From positions 64,001 to 128,000 of the IMG/VR virus record IMGVR_UViG_3300045971_000895: DNA of 64,000 nt; one strand, given 5' to 3'. This stretch comes from a virus. A program made the position numbers and the translations under genes. Numbering within the stretch: the stretch's first letter is position 1; each line of letters opens with the position of its first letter. The notes beneath the pieces were generated by a model that worked only from the letters and a program-made list of their open reading frames with translations, was not told where the DNA came from and ran no database searches. Shown here piece after piece: positions 9,206-19,400 of this stretch.

Positions 9206-11524
9206 GTGTCCCGAAGTCTATACTCATTCCACCTTGAACTTCAGGGACTTCTAGTGCCCCTTCGTCTCGTGAACACAGTGCCAGGGAAGAGCCAGGATGC
9301 CGTGTGGCCTGGTGGCCCTTACCATTTCGGCCTTCGTTCCGTGCCTCCGGCTGCTCGCGTAGCCATCGGGGGTACGCTCCTACACGTTGGCACCTCCGAT
9401 GTTCGGCGCCACCCTACCGACCTTCCAGAGACGGATGAAGCCCTCATCTCCTACGGGACCGAGGTCTCCTTTCGTTCCATGGAGGGGCTCTCGCCAGAGG
9501 TCCCCGGCGTCTGCGTCGTGACCGAGACCTCGAGCGCTCTCACGATGGCCCGAACTAGCGGGAACCCTTTCGGTCAGAGCGTATACGAAGTCAAGCAGGC
9601 GACACCGGCCGACGCCAGCGTCATGGGCCACGTTCGTCTCCGTAAGACGGCGTGGCCTCTCTCGCAGCCTGACTGGTTCTACAAGCCCAACATCGCCAGC
9701 CCCTACGTCGGGCTTCGACACAACCAGTACATCTCCGGAGTCGATGTCTTCTTCCAGGGCGGTGGGTCGCCTGGCATCTGGCTCGTCGGTCCACTGCAAG
9801 CGTTCCAGCAGGCCCGGTACTACGAGCACTTCATCGCGTTCGACTGGGTGAGCATCCCTGACGGGACGCCAATTGATATCTGGATCGTGGTGGCGCCCAC
9901 AGGATTCATTCCCCCGGAGTCGCCGGCGCATGCACCGACAATCGAAGTGTGGTTGAGCGCCGGTAGCTACTTCCCCATGAGTCGTGCACTGCGCCTTCCT
10001 GTCGGCAACTTCGGGTCGGTGTACGCCGGGGTGGCCGAGGATTCCGTCTCCCTCTTCATTGGGAATGGGGCCGCAGTTGCGAGCACGCTCTACGTTGAGG
10101 ACTGGGGAGTCTACCCGGACTTCCGCGTGGCCATCGACAACGGGGACCCGCGCACTGCACACGAAGTCGCTTACGCGGTGTCGAGCCCTACCTCCTACAG
10201 AGCCTCCTCCAAGAAGGAGCCGGAAGGGTGGGACTTCGTATCGTCGGGAGTCACCACATCGAGGGCGTTCGGGTACCAGCCAGGCAACCGTGCCGCCTCC
10301 CAGTCGTTGAGGGTGACGAAAGAGGGCTTGGGGTACGCGCGCTACGAGAGAGACGAGCCGCTTCTCGCCAGTGCCGCGGAGTCCTCTCTCGAGGTGTTCT
10401 GCGCCGGCCTTCCCTCCACCTACGACGGCAACGTCTTCGGCGCCGGCATAGAGCTCGATGACGGCACACACATCTTCCGTGTGGCTATGCTGCGAGAAGG
10501 TACCGGAGTCTACAGCCTCGGTATTGCGATCGACGGTGGTCAGAGCTCCGACTCTTCCTACATCGGCCGGTACGTCATCGACTTCCAATCTCTTCGAGTC
10601 ATCCGCCTCACGGTGGACAAGGCACGGGATAGGGTCCGTCTGTACGTGGACGGCAGCTTGGCTCTCAGCATCCCCATCAGCACGACGACGTGGCCCGCCT
10701 CCGCAGGGACCGCTGCCGCAAGGATGGGGCACATCCTCACCGTCAGCTCGTCGGGAAGGTTCGACCTGGTCTTCTCGAACCTCTACACGACGGCGTCGTC
10801 CTTCGATGCTGCCTCGGACGCCGGGCTTCCCCCGTCTCCCTTCGTCCTCGGCGCCACCGCGGGCAACACCGCAGAGGCAGGGCTCGTTCTCCACAAGACG
10901 AACTTCGGTGTTCCCTTCAGTGGGGTGCACTACTCCGCCCCCATCGACATGGACCCTTACTGCGGCGCATGGGCCGAGTTCTCTGTGAAGGTCGAGCACT
11001 ACTCCGACAGCCATGGGACGGACCTGGCGACGATGTCGTCCACTGGCATCGGTGTGACGATGCACTTCGGACAGAGCCTCTTGACGTTCGTCTTCGTCGA
11101 CAGCGGTGCTGCGGGGCGGTACGTCGGAGTCATCCCGGGAAGCGGCTCGATTGACGACCTCGTGAATCAGACGCGGTTGGGGAGGAAGTTCTCAACTCCA
11201 TTCGACTGGATGGAAAAGCAGACCTACCGCATCCACTACAAGCCCTACGACACGATCGAGGTCTGGGTGGGGAGCGTGGTCTCTTCGCCTCAGATCGTGA
11301 TTCCTTGGAGCGAGGGGTTCGACCTTCCTACCGTCTCCGGAACTTCTGGCATTACCTTCGGCCACATCTCCTCGGACGAGTCTGGCCAGAGCCGGTGGGA
11401 CTTCTTCCGCTTCGGCGGCCCAACCGGCTACGACGTCAAGGTCGAGCAGCTCTTTCCGACAGACCCCGCCCCGTATCACTACGGTGGACGGTCTGCCTAC
11501 CTCTTGCAGTTCATCGACGGGTAA
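9206..11524 (+). CDS. virion structural protein (772 aa)
   Basis: Long ORF. GTG start at 9206 with no clear RBS; alternative in-frame GTGs at 9254, 9269 and 9278. AT-richer stretch at 9200-9260 upstream. Confidence 0.5.
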   Translation: MSRSLYSFHLELQGLLVPLRLVNTVPGKSQDAVWPGGPYHFGLRSVPPAARVAIGGTLLHVGTSDVRRHPTDLPETDEALISYGTEVSFRSMEGLSPEVPGVCVVTETSSALTMARTSGNPFGQSVYEVKQATPADASVMGHVRLRKTAWPLSQPDWFYKPNIASPYVGLRHNQYISGVDVFFQGGGSPGIWLVGPLQAFQQARYYEHFIAFDWVSIPDGTPIDIWIVVAPTGFIPPESPAHAPTIEVWLSAGSYFPMSRALRLPVGNFGSVYAGVAEDSVSLFIGNGAAVASTLYVEDWGVYPDFRVAIDNGDPRTAHEVAYAVSSPTSYRASSKKEPEGWDFVSSGVTTSRAFGYQPGNRAASQSLRVTKEGLGYARYERDEPLLASAAESSLEVFCAGLPSTYDGNVFGAGIELDDGTHIFRVAMLREGTGVYSLGIAIDGGQSSDSSYIGRYVIDFQSLRVIRLTVDKARDRVRLYVDGSLALSIPISTTTWPASAGTAAARMGHILTVSSSGRFDLVFSNLYTTASSFDAASDAGLPPSPFVLGATAGNTAEAGLVLHKTNFGVPFSGVHYSAPIDMDPYCGAWAEFSVKVEHYSDSHGTDLATMSSTGIGVTMHFGQSLLTFVFVDSGAAGRYVGVIPGSGSIDDLVNQTRLGRKFSTPFDWMEKQTYRIHYKPYDTIEVWVGSVVSSPQIVIPWSEGFDLPTVSGTSGITFGHISSDESGQSRWDFFRFGGPTGYDVKVEQLFPTDPAPYHYGGRSAYLLQFIDG

Positions 11525-11527
11525 CCG

Positions 11528-14500
11528 ATGGCGACCTTCAACTCAGGAGGATTCGGAACCATCTCGCCCTTGGTGGAGAGGCCGACAGCTGTCGTAGTCG
11601 GTACGCCTTCCGTGGCTGTGCTGGGAGGGACGGTGCGCCTTGATGGCTCGGGCAGCATCAACCCCACAGCCTCCGACCTTACCTACTCCTGGGCCATCGT
11701 TGCGTCCCCGATCGGCTCAAAGACTCCCTACGAGCCCTTCAGACAGATCACGGAAGATTGGGCCTCCGTCTGGTTCTCTCCGGACCTCGTGGGCGAGTAC
11801 ATCATCGAGCTCACCGTCACCTCTGGCAACTTCGAGAGCAAGGCGCAGGCGCGAGTCTCGGTGCGCGCCATCCTCGTCCCGGACGGCCGAGCCATCGTCC
11901 CGGACGGCAAGTTCATCTGGAGCTACCTGCGCGACGTGTGGCAGCAGGTGGAAGACCGGCAGATCTTCGAAACGCTCTGGTCGGCCCTCATTCAGATCTG
12001 CGGTGCCGAGCTCCTGAAGCTCTACCAGTTCGACTTCAACAAGAGCATCAGGGACATCCAGGAGAAGATGCAGCGTCGGTGGCTGGCCTATGAGCCGCGC
12101 CTCGAGCTCGACCCGGCCGGCATGACTGTCTTCCTTGGGAACGAAGAGGCGGGGCAGGGCGGCTCGACGCAGCTGCTGGGCAGGGAGGCAAAGGCCGTCA
12201 TCTTCTCTTCCAACGAGCTCATCGTCGTCGAGGGGTCTGTTCTCGCAGATGTCCCTCCCTTCCTCGACATCCTCTACAGCCGCTCCTCCTCGAACGTTGG
12301 GGAGTACCGAACCATGGGGACGAACGCCGGGGCGACCGGCTACCGGATCAACGGGAGCATCCCCTCCGCAGTCGCTGACCGCGTCCCAACGACCTCTTCG
12401 GTGTTCTCCCCGCAGTTCCCGTTCCAGTCGAGGACATGGGCGCTACAAGCTCCGCCCGATTCCCAGTACGCGCTGAAGATGTCGATCTACCCGCCAACGG
12501 TGGACCAGCTTTCCGACATCTACAGCATCGCCGGGGCCATCGGGGACGTTCGCGTTGGGGACGTGGCGTACATCGCGACAGGCGTCAACGTCGGCTTCTA
12601 CCGCATCACCGCCTCCACCGGCATCTTCATCGAAGTGGACCGCGCTCCTCCGAGCTCTTCCCAGCCCACAGACCAGGTGATCATCTTCCGGCCGGTGGGC
12701 ATCAAGTTCGCCCCTCTCCCAAGCGCCTTGTCGGCAAGCTTTACCGTACCGCAGCTCGTAGGTTCTTCAGCCATCGCCAGCCTCGCCAAGGGCCGGCTCG
12801 TCACGATCGGCGGTCGGGCCTACCCTGTCCTGCGGTCGATGCTCGACATCCGACAGCCCGTTCCAACGTTCATCGTCACGACGGACGATGCCGAGGTCGT
12901 TACTGGAAGGTCGAACCTGAACTGGAGAGTGCCACACACTCTCGTGTCTCCTTCTGTCGACTTCGAGGCGGAGGGGGTGACCTCTGGTGACCTTCTTCTC
13001 TTCGACGTCAGGTTGGGGGGTAGGGGCGGCGTCGCTCAGTTCTCTGCGCAAGTCATCGGTGTGCATGGGCGCCGACTCGCCTTCGTACTGACGACCGAGG
13101 TGCTGGCCGCAGGAGAGGGCTACACCGTCCCAGACTCCGTCATCGCAGACACGCTCAACGCCATGGGCGTCGGCACCGTTAAGGTCTCTCCCGTCGGGGC
13201 GGTGAGCTTCACTGGGGATGCGGCGAACCTGTATTCCTTCGTGAAGAGCGGCCTCTTCGCGCAGCAGTTCTGGAACACCGAGATCGACCTGTCGACGGGG
13301 TTTGTCACTCCGGTAGGCCGCGTCTTTGTCTCCCCGAGAGCCGTCATCAGGAACAGCAAGATCCCTGTGGACGATACCGTCCTTTCCATTCCCGTTCTCC
13401 AGGAGTGGGTGGCGCAGCCGACGCTCGTCGAGAAGAACGGCAAGGTCTACCAGAAGAAGGGTAACGCCGAGTTCGAACTTCCACGGCGTCCCGTGATGCT
13501 GGTGGAAGGGAACGACTACCTCACCGACGGCACCACAGCCTTCGATGACACCGTCCCGTTCCGTACAGGAACTTCGACGCTAGAGGTGGAGGGCGCCGGC
13601 TTCCTCTCTCGGCAGGTGGCGCCTGGGGATAGGGTGTCTATCCCCACCGCCATCAGCCTGAACTTGCCCTACATCGTCGTGGAGGTCGTGTCCGAGGACA
13701 AGCTCCTGCTCTCGACACCGATTCCGGAGCTGCTTGTTCCAGTGACTACGGAGAGAGTCGTCGTTACGCGCAGGTCTGGCGGCAAGTACCTTCGACTCCT
13801 CCCCGGCGGGTTCACCGCGGCGAAGCCGGCGCCGGACCGCTTCTGGGCCGAGGTCAGCTACTTCGACAACTCGGATGCCATCGAATCGAACTTCGGCATC
13901 ATGGTGGGGCTTCGGAAGGAGGACCTCGACAAGATCACGACTCGAGTCTCCTACCGTCAGGCAGTGGCCGGACTGATGTTCGCCTACACCCGAGGCTCCA
14001 CCATCGAGAAGGTACGGCTCGGCGCCCAGATCCTTCTCGGCCTTCCCTTCGCAGAGCACCGCGGTGTTGTCCGGTCGATGGAGAGCAACTACCGTACGGA
14101 CGCGTCTGGTGTGTCCGTCCTCGGGAGACTCCTCATCGAAGACGTGGACGATGCCGGCGTCCCTTCCGGCATTCAGCGCGTCTACACCTACCCCATCGAC
14201 CACCAGTCCTCAGACCTCTCAGGGGTCGAGGTCAATCCTGCGACTGGGGTCACCTATGCTGTCGACGATGTCGTCGAAGCCTTCGCCCCGCTCGCGAAGG
14301 GCGTTGGGGTCAGCGACTACTTGACCGACCCGCTCAAGGGTCAGGCTTCCGGTATCTCGCAGCTTCAGAAGTTCCACTCATTCAGGCTGCGAGCCAACGA
14401 CAACCTCTTCAACATCGAAGAGATCACTCTCGTCTCTTCCTTCCTCCGCCGCATCACTCCCTCCTACGTGGCCTTTGTCCTTTTGGAGGTGACGCAGCTC

Positions 14501-15805
14501 GGAGACGACGTTTCTATCTCGGACTCCATTGGAATGGTGCTCCGTCGTGGCGGCATCGCCGGACTTGTCGACGACGTTGGAACAGGTCTCGGCACTCCCT
14601 TCATGTTCGACCAGAGAGACTTCTCGGGCCACAGTCTGGTTCGTTGGGACGATGGTGTATTCAAGCTGCGACGCTCTGGGAAGGACGCCATCGTTGTAGA
14701 CGTCGACCAGGTGACTGGTACCGTCAACTTCTCGGGAGACATCGTCTCCACGGTCATGCCGGGCGAGCTCATCAAGGTCGGCGACTACGTCATCTTCTCC
14801 GGTGGCCCAAATGCTGGGACCTACCCCATTACGGTAGTGACTGAGGGCGTGGGGGTGACGATCGATACGACGGGGAAGGCGCTTACGCCGGGCATCGACC
14901 AACCCTTCATCGTCGCCAGGAAGGTGAGCGAGGTCATCCGTTCTGGCTTCTGCTGGCGCCTCCGGAACGTAGATGCCAGCGGAGTCATGGGGACGACGCG
15001 GTACGGGGCAATCACCGCAGACCCCCACGGCTTCGTCATCGACGCGGGAGATGTCATCACCGACATCTCGAGCTCCCCTACACGAACCGCATCGTTCTCC
15101 GAGACAGGAAACATCCTGGACGGGGTCATGCCGGGGGATTGGCTCTTCACTTGCGGGGGCCGGCTCCTCATCACAGACGTGCAGAACATGGTCGTGACCG
15201 TCATCGGAGAGACAGGATTCAGCCCAGAAGGGAACGTCCCCTACACCATCATTCGCCCCAGCCTGCTCCCCTCCCCCTCGGAGAGCTCGTGGTCCATTAT
15301 CTCGGACGGCTCCTCGTACTCTTGCAATGACGACCTTCGGTTGATGGCCGACCCGGGGGACTACCTCGAGATCGTGTCTCCTGCCGGCTTCGCGGAGATC
15401 TTCGTCGCCGACGCGGGGTGGAACAATTACCTTCCAGTCCTTCCGGCGAATACCTACACCGTCCGGCTGAAGAAGAAGAACCGTCCTCAGGGACCCCTTG
15501 GCTTCGACTTCATCCTGAACGGCAACATCAACGACCAAGTGGACATCTACCTTCGGTCCCCCAACCTCATTGACTCCGACGCTACTGGGACGATCACCAT
15601 CCCGGCACATGAAGCGCTCAGCATGGGCGCGCAGATCGGGGACTTCATTCGCCTCTACGACATCACCCAGATCGACAACGGTTACGGCCTCGGGGTCTAC
15701 CCAATCGCCTCTATCACTGCCAGCGGAGGGGATGATGTTGTTGTACTCTCTGGTGGGATGGTCGACGGTGGGACGACCGCTTGGTCCCTTCTCAGGAGAC
15801 GATGA
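11528..15805 (+). CDS. giant virion/tail protein (1425 aa) with the same GD-x-V-x-I...G-x-Y-x-I modules
   Basis: Long ORF. Motif instances: VRVGDVAYIATGVNVGFYRITAS, MPGELIKVGDYVIFSGGPNAGTYPITVV, ADPGDYLEIVSPAGFAEIFV, IGDFIRLYDITQIDNGYGLGVYPIASI. Confidence 0.55.
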   Translation: MATFNSGGFGTISPLVERPTAVVVGTPSVAVLGGTVRLDGSGSINPTASDLTYSWAIVASPIGSKTPYEPFRQITEDWASVWFSPDLVGEYIIELTVTSGNFESKAQARVSVRAILVPDGRAIVPDGKFIWSYLRDVWQQVEDRQIFETLWSALIQICGAELLKLYQFDFNKSIRDIQEKMQRRWLAYEPRLELDPAGMTVFLGNEEAGQGGSTQLLGREAKAVIFSSNELIVVEGSVLADVPPFLDILYSRSSSNVGEYRTMGTNAGATGYRINGSIPSAVADRVPTTSSVFSPQFPFQSRTWALQAPPDSQYALKMSIYPPTVDQLSDIYSIAGAIGDVRVGDVAYIATGVNVGFYRITASTGIFIEVDRAPPSSSQPTDQVIIFRPVGIKFAPLPSALSASFTVPQLVGSSAIASLAKGRLVTIGGRAYPVLRSMLDIRQPVPTFIVTTDDAEVVTGRSNLNWRVPHTLVSPSVDFEAEGVTSGDLLLFDVRLGGRGGVAQFSAQVIGVHGRRLAFVLTTEVLAAGEGYTVPDSVIADTLNAMGVGTVKVSPVGAVSFTGDAANLYSFVKSGLFAQQFWNTEIDLSTGFVTPVGRVFVSPRAVIRNSKIPVDDTVLSIPVLQEWVAQPTLVEKNGKVYQKKGNAEFELPRRPVMLVEGNDYLTDGTTAFDDTVPFRTGTSTLEVEGAGFLSRQVAPGDRVSIPTAISLNLPYIVVEVVSEDKLLLSTPIPELLVPVTTERVVVTRRSGGKYLRLLPGGFTAAKPAPDRFWAEVSYFDNSDAIESNFGIMVGLRKEDLDKITTRVSYRQAVAGLMFAYTRGSTIEKVRLGAQILLGLPFAEHRGVVRSMESNYRTDASGVSVLGRLLIEDVDDAGVPSGIQRVYTYPIDHQSSDLSGVEVNPATGVTYAVDDVVEAFAPLAKGVGVSDYLTDPLKGQASGISQLQKFHSFRLRANDNLFNIEEITLVSSFLRRITPSYVAFVLLEVTQLGDDVSISDSIGMVLRRGGIAGLVDDVGTGLGTPFMFDQRDFSGHSLVRWDDGVFKLRRSGKDAIVVDVDQVTGTVNFSGDIVSTVMPGELIKVGDYVIFSGGPNAGTYPITVVTEGVGVTIDTTGKALTPGIDQPFIVARKVSEVIRSGFCWRLRNVDASGVMGTTRYGAITADPHGFVIDAGDVITDISSSPTRTASFSETGNILDGVMPGDWLFTCGGRLLITDVQNMVVTVIGETGFSPEGNVPYTIIRPSLLPSPSESSWSIISDGSSYSCNDDLRLMADPGDYLEIVSPAGFAEIFVADAGWNNYLPVLPANTYTVRLKKKNRPQGPLGFDFILNGNINDQVDIYLRSPNLIDSDATGTITIPAHEALSMGAQIGDFIRLYDITQIDNGYGLGVYPIASITASGGDDVVVLSGGMVDGGTTAWSLLRRR

Positions 15806-15807
15806 GC

Positions 15808-16446
15808 ATGAAGATCAGCGACGCAGTTCGAGTCAGCGACGCCGGTATTGTCCGGGCCGGCACCACTGAGCGCAGCTGGGGCTCGGAGAAGAGCGTTGTC
15901 GAGGTGAAGGGCTGGGTGAAGCTGGTCCTGCGTGAACGGGGCAAGAAGATCACCGAGCGCGAAGGGCACAACGTCTGGACCAACACCGGGCGCGAGTTCC
16001 TGACCCAGCGAATCAGCCTCGACCTCGCGTCTCCCTCGAGTACCATTCGGACGGATGCCGTCGCCTTCATCGGAGTCGGCATCGGGGCGAAGACAGAGGA
16101 GCCGGGCGTTCTCTCCTTGCAGACCCCCATCGCATACGACACCTCCCTCTTCCTGGCGGAGATCACCGGGGTGTCCTTCCCAGCCTATCCAGTTCGTACC
16201 ACTGTCGAGTACCAGCGGACCTTCGCCGAGACCGAGATCACCATCATTCCCGGAACTGTTCTTGTCTCAGAGCTTGGGCTCTTTACGAACGGCGACCCCG
16301 CCGGCACCCCCGCCAATGGTTTCGGGACCAGGCTCCGAGGGACTACCGACATGGGCGCCGTCGCTCCCGTGGCTTACAAGAGCTTTGAGCCAGTGGCCAA
16401 GACCGAGAACATGCAGCTCGAAATCTTCTGGCAGATCCGTTTCTAG
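15808..16446 (+). CDS. virion structural protein (about 212 aa)
   Basis: AGGAGA RBS. ATG at 15802 gives an ATGA overlap with the upstream stop; ATG at 15808 has better RBS spacing. GC3 bias. Confidence 0.45.
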   Translation: MKISDAVRVSDAGIVRAGTTERSWGSEKSVVEVKGWVKLVLRERGKKITEREGHNVWTNTGREFLTQRISLDLASPSSTIRTDAVAFIGVGIGAKTEEPGVLSLQTPIAYDTSLFLAEITGVSFPAYPVRTTVEYQRTFAETEITIIPGTVLVSELGLFTNGDPAGTPANGFGTRLRGTTDMGAVAPVAYKSFEPVAKTENMQLEIFWQIRF

Positions 16447-16455
16447 GAGTGAACC

Positions 16456-19400
16456 ATGTCGATGGACTTCTACAGGCGGCCGCAGCTTGCCGGTACCGCT
16501 CTCCGATTCCCTGACTACCCGATGCTGCGGGGGTCTGTGCATCGCCACGACCCAGACGGTGTGTCGTCTGCGCCATACTTCCCTCTCGCGACGGGTGGGG
16601 ACCTCACGCTCCTGGTTGACGGCACGCCCTTCACTGTCACGCTGACGGCGAATCCCTCGGCGCAGACGGTCGTCACGGCCATCAATGCCGTGATCTCCAG
16701 CAAGGGCTACGCTTACGACGAAGGGGGCGTGGTGCACGTCCGAACCCTGTCGAGGGTCGGCAGCGTCGAGGTGACGGGCACCCCGAGCGTGGCTCTTGCC
16801 CTCGGATTCGACCTGAGGCTGGGAGCACTGCGTACCTACGCTGGTGATGTGGCAGGCGCTGGAGAGGGCAGGATCAACAACCTCTTCGGCGCAGTGATGC
16901 CCGTCCCCGGCGAGAGTCTCAACTCTGAGAGCTTCGTTCGCGCACTGGCTCGCCTCTCAGCGAACCTGGACGTCCTGCTGTCGGACGGGAACAGGACGAC
17001 CCCGCAGTTCGTGGAGTGGGGGACGGTCACCTCCATCGATGACACCTCCGGCAACTACTCTCTCGTTTCGATCACACCGAACGCTCCATACGTCGGGCTC
17101 GGCGTCTCCAATGGCCTGGGCTCCTTGCGTGCAGGGGTCACTCTCGTCAAGGCCGCGATCGCTCCCTTCTTCTACCTGACCGCCGCTTCGGGCTATTACC
17201 CGTCCCCACACCAGGCGGTCGGTGTGGTGAAGGCCGCGTTCTTGTCCGAGCTCACTGGGGCCGCTCCCTACGCCAATGCCACCTCCGCAGCCGGTCCCGG
17301 GAATGTCTTCGGGCTCAGCTTGGTGAAGGCAGGCCCCTACCAGATCGATGAGATCCTCGGTGGTCGAGTCGTCTACCGCTCCGGCGGTTTCGGCGCCGCG
17401 CGAGTGGGCGACTACGTAGAGATCCGTCCCGACGCCAACACCACGAAGCTCCCGTGGGCCAACAACGGCATTCGCTGGAAGGTGGAGGCCGTCATCGGGA
17501 ACGGGCTGAGCCTGGCTCCGCTGTCGAAGGCAGAGCTCACCGATGCGGGACTTTCCGGGGCCAATGAGGTCCAACCGATCGTCAGCCTCAACGGCACGCG
17601 AGGCAACACCGAGAACTTCGGCGGGCTCTACCTCTGGACGGGCCCCACCATCGACGCTCCAAAGCTCGTAGTCTCACCCCCGATGGCTCCCTCCGCCATT
17701 GGCACTGTGGTGTGGGCAGCCGTTCCCTCCTCCCCACGTTCCCGAGCGCACGGCGAGGGGATGAACAACCCTGCCTTGAACATCCTCGCGCAAGGGTTCC
17801 CCCACAACGATGTCATCGTCACCAAGGGGACGATGTCGCTCACCGTGGGCACTCTTACGGTCTCCGGGATGGTGATCCGGAAGAACGGGTTCCGTAACGA
17901 CGTGAGTTCGACGCTCACAGGGCTGGGCAGCTACACCGGCTACATCATCCTCACAACCTCTGGTGCCGCGACTCTTGCGACATCCGCCGGCACTTTGCTG
18001 CCCGGCACCGGCATCCCTATCGCCAAGGTGGTCAGCGGCGCCATCACGCACGACCTACGCATCGCCGGAGAAGTCACGGAGCATGTGACCGTGGGCGGGG
18101 CCTACGCGATGCTCCCCGACATCCAGACGGCGATCTACTACTGCGCGCTGCGCGCTGTCGACGTGACGGAGATCGTCGTCACCTACGACCAAGCGAGCCC
18201 AGTCGGTGGATGGGTTACCGCGGGGTATCCCATCATGATTCGGGGGGAGAACCCTTCAATCTCTCTGGCGAGGAACGGGAGCAGTCCGCTCCTCACCTCG
18301 TCCGACTCCCAGAAGGTCATCCTCAAGAACCTCACCCTCCCGGTCTCCGACCCCAAGGTTGGGGAGCTCTTCGTCTCTCCCAGCAGCACCATCTTCGCCG
18401 TCGACTGCTTCGACTCGATCACGGGTGATCTCGTCTCGATGGCAAACCTCTCCACCGGAGTCGGTGGAGAGGTGGCCATCTACGGCGGACAGGGGACGCT
18501 CAGCCTCTTCGGAGCGACCAGCACTCGCGTCGGAGATGGGTCCATCACCGTGTACCTCGGCACCAACGCCACTACGGTGAGCCTCGGAGGCGCGAGTACC
18601 TCGACGGTGGTCCTCGGCACCCTGGCGGTGACGTTGTCGATCTCCGGAGCAAGCATCACGGTCACGGGAAGCGCCCAAGCGTCGACGCTCATCGGCACCA
18701 CCAAGGTCTCCACTCCGGTGGTCGAGGGCTATGCGGGAACGCTTAGCCTCTTCGGGACAACCTCCACGACCGTGGGCACCGGGTCCGCCAACACGTACGT
18801 GGGAGTCTCCAACGTTGGTGTCTACCTTGGGACCAACGCCACCTTGGTGGCCATTGGCGCGGTGTCTACGACGGTTTCCGGAACCTTGGCAGTGACCCAG
18901 TCGATCTCTTCTTCCTCGGCCACGGTCACCAACGCCAACGGCACCGTGAGTCTCGTGGACGGAAGCGCAATCCTCACTAGGGGGTTGCGCGTCGGAGCCG
19001 CGGGAGCGGCCCCAGCTACAGGAGAGGCGATCCTCTCTGCGAAGCTCACGGTCCCCGTGATCGAGAGCGGCTACGTGCCGGCGCAGAGCGTGAGCGGAGT
19101 GGTCATCGCGTTCACTGTCGAGTCTTTCCAGATGAGCCTGACCGATGTCGCCAAGTTCCGGACGGGGGACACTGTCACTGACACCCTTAACGCAGATGAC
19201 CATGGCGTGATCACCGGTATCAACTACTCCACCGGCTGGGTGACGACCGATCCTGGAGGGCTGTGGACGTCTTGGGAGACGGGGCACACCCTCACGGCCA
19301 ACCAAGCCACGATTGGGGTCTCCCCGCTGACTCTCCGGGCCAACACGGTGGGGGACGGGCCCGTCCGCGTGGCACCAAAGGATGGTCCGAAGACTGACAC

